From: Phoronis australis | Taxonomy: Eukaryota; Animalia; Phoronida | DNA length: 64,000 bases | Assembly: GCA_002633005.1 (NCBI GenBank) | Contig: NMRA01000087.1 | Location: forward strand, 62,001-126,000 | Reading direction: 5' to 3' | In this document: in pieces, positions 62,840 through 64,000 of the stretch | Layout of the letters: every line of letters begins with the position of its first letter | How positions within the stretch are numbered: the stretch's first letter is position 1 | Notes under the pieces: generated by a model | What the model saw: only the letters and a program-made list of their open reading frames with translations | What the model was told of the DNA's origin: nothing | Databases searched by the model: none | Position numbers and translations under genes: made by a program

Positions 62840-64000
62840 GTGAGTTTCACATTTTGCTCTTTAACAAACCTTAGGGAATGCTAAAAATAAATGCCTAATT
62901 AGTTACAATTGTGATTTGATGATTTTTGCTCAAAAATTTTGCTTTGTGCCTCTCTGTTTGCCACTTGGGTTATGAAATGTTTATGCAATGTTCACTGGGG
63001 AGGCTGTACCTTGGATAGAATGTCCAAAACAAAGTACCACTATTCCATGAGGAAATATTGATTGCTTTGGAATACTTTCTCATCACTGGGTTTATTTATC
63101 TTGAAGTCGTCTTTGTTTGGATAATTTCACCCTTCTGAATTTTATTGCTTTCAAGTTGTCAAATGTAGTTACTTGAAAACGACATCTTAACTTGTTTATT
63201 ACGTACTTACTACCTGCCTGTGGTCGGATTTGGCTCACTTGAACGCTGTATTTCTCAAATTAGTCACTGTTAAAATCATCGGCTATTTAATACAGTCCAT
63301 CTTTAAGAGAGGCATTGTTCTGTCAGAATTATATGCCTGATACTTTTTATTTGAAACCTACATCGGAAGCCATAACTTGTAATTAATTGTATTTGCCCGT
63401 GTACAGGTGATTGGTAAATTGAAGAAACTACTTAACTCATGTAACAGCAGCCATGCAGTGTGCATATTGTTGTCATTTTTGTTACTGATACTGAGAGGAG
63501 CCTAGTGGTTAATATCTTGAGATTTGTTCTTAAACTAGAACAGAACATAAATCTTGGTTTTAAAGATAAAATGTAGGCTCTGATGCTCAACATAAATCTT
63601 GTTACGTTTGTTACCTAGATTCAAAACAATGCTAGCCACCAAGTTCATGAAACTAAATCCTTCATGATTTATCTGACCTATTTGGCCTGTTGCTAAATGT
63701 TGTTTCCGCAACGTTAATAGGTTTCAACCCCAGGGGCTCCTTTCCAAGCAGTGTCAGACCAATGCAATACCTGGCGAGGCCCTCAATGCCTTAATTTTGA
63801 GGGCAATTGTTATCACCATTCCCTTTGAAAAATGTTTGAAAATCACGTGATATTCACCTCATCAGGCCCCAAAATTACCCTCCATTGATTGAAAAATTTT
63901 TCTCAAGGTTAAAATCACTTCCATAAAATGTTTGTTCTGTGTGCGTGAGTTACCTGAGGCATTGTCAATGAAAAGGTGCGACTGAGGGTGGAATTGGTGG

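Noticed and set aside
1-64000. tRNA, rRNA or snRNA genes and autonomous transposase or reverse transcriptase ORFs
   Set aside because: None recognised by eye, and the only ORF over 200 aa is EXT1 exon 1. tRNAscan-SE, Infernal and BLASTX would be needed to exclude them formally.

Overview
Eukaryotic, AT-rich animal genomic DNA. It is probably from a non-vertebrate deuterostome or similar invertebrate, which is an inference from protein style, intron style and repeat content. The window holds one complete gene, exostosin-1 (EXT1, heparan sulfate polymerase), on the minus strand. I reconstructed 9 coding exons with GT-AG boundaries and consistent phases: complement(join(5450..5813,6741..6901,9104..9193,10184..10282,12170..12421,12691..12810,15005..15131,16483..16557,55870..56753)), 2172 nt = 723 aa + TGA. 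A 39,312-nt intron follows the first coding exon. At the right end, the first two coding exons of a WIPI2/Atg18 autophagy gene (62492..62562 and 62745..62827/62839, + strand) lie head-to-head with EXT1; the ORF track misses them, and the gene continues beyond the window. The rest is intronic, UTR or intergenic DNA containing several families of short non-autonomous DNA transposons, minisatellites, a 307-bp palindrome and a 25-N gap. Almost all other listed ORFs look spurious. I found no convincing new multi-gene system. The most notable items are gene-structure and regulatory features: an intron displaced 19 nt relative to human EXT1, a uORF cluster in the EXT1 leader, a duplicated splice donor in WIPI2, convergent poly(A) signals, and a ~110-bp Merlin-like hairpin element family.
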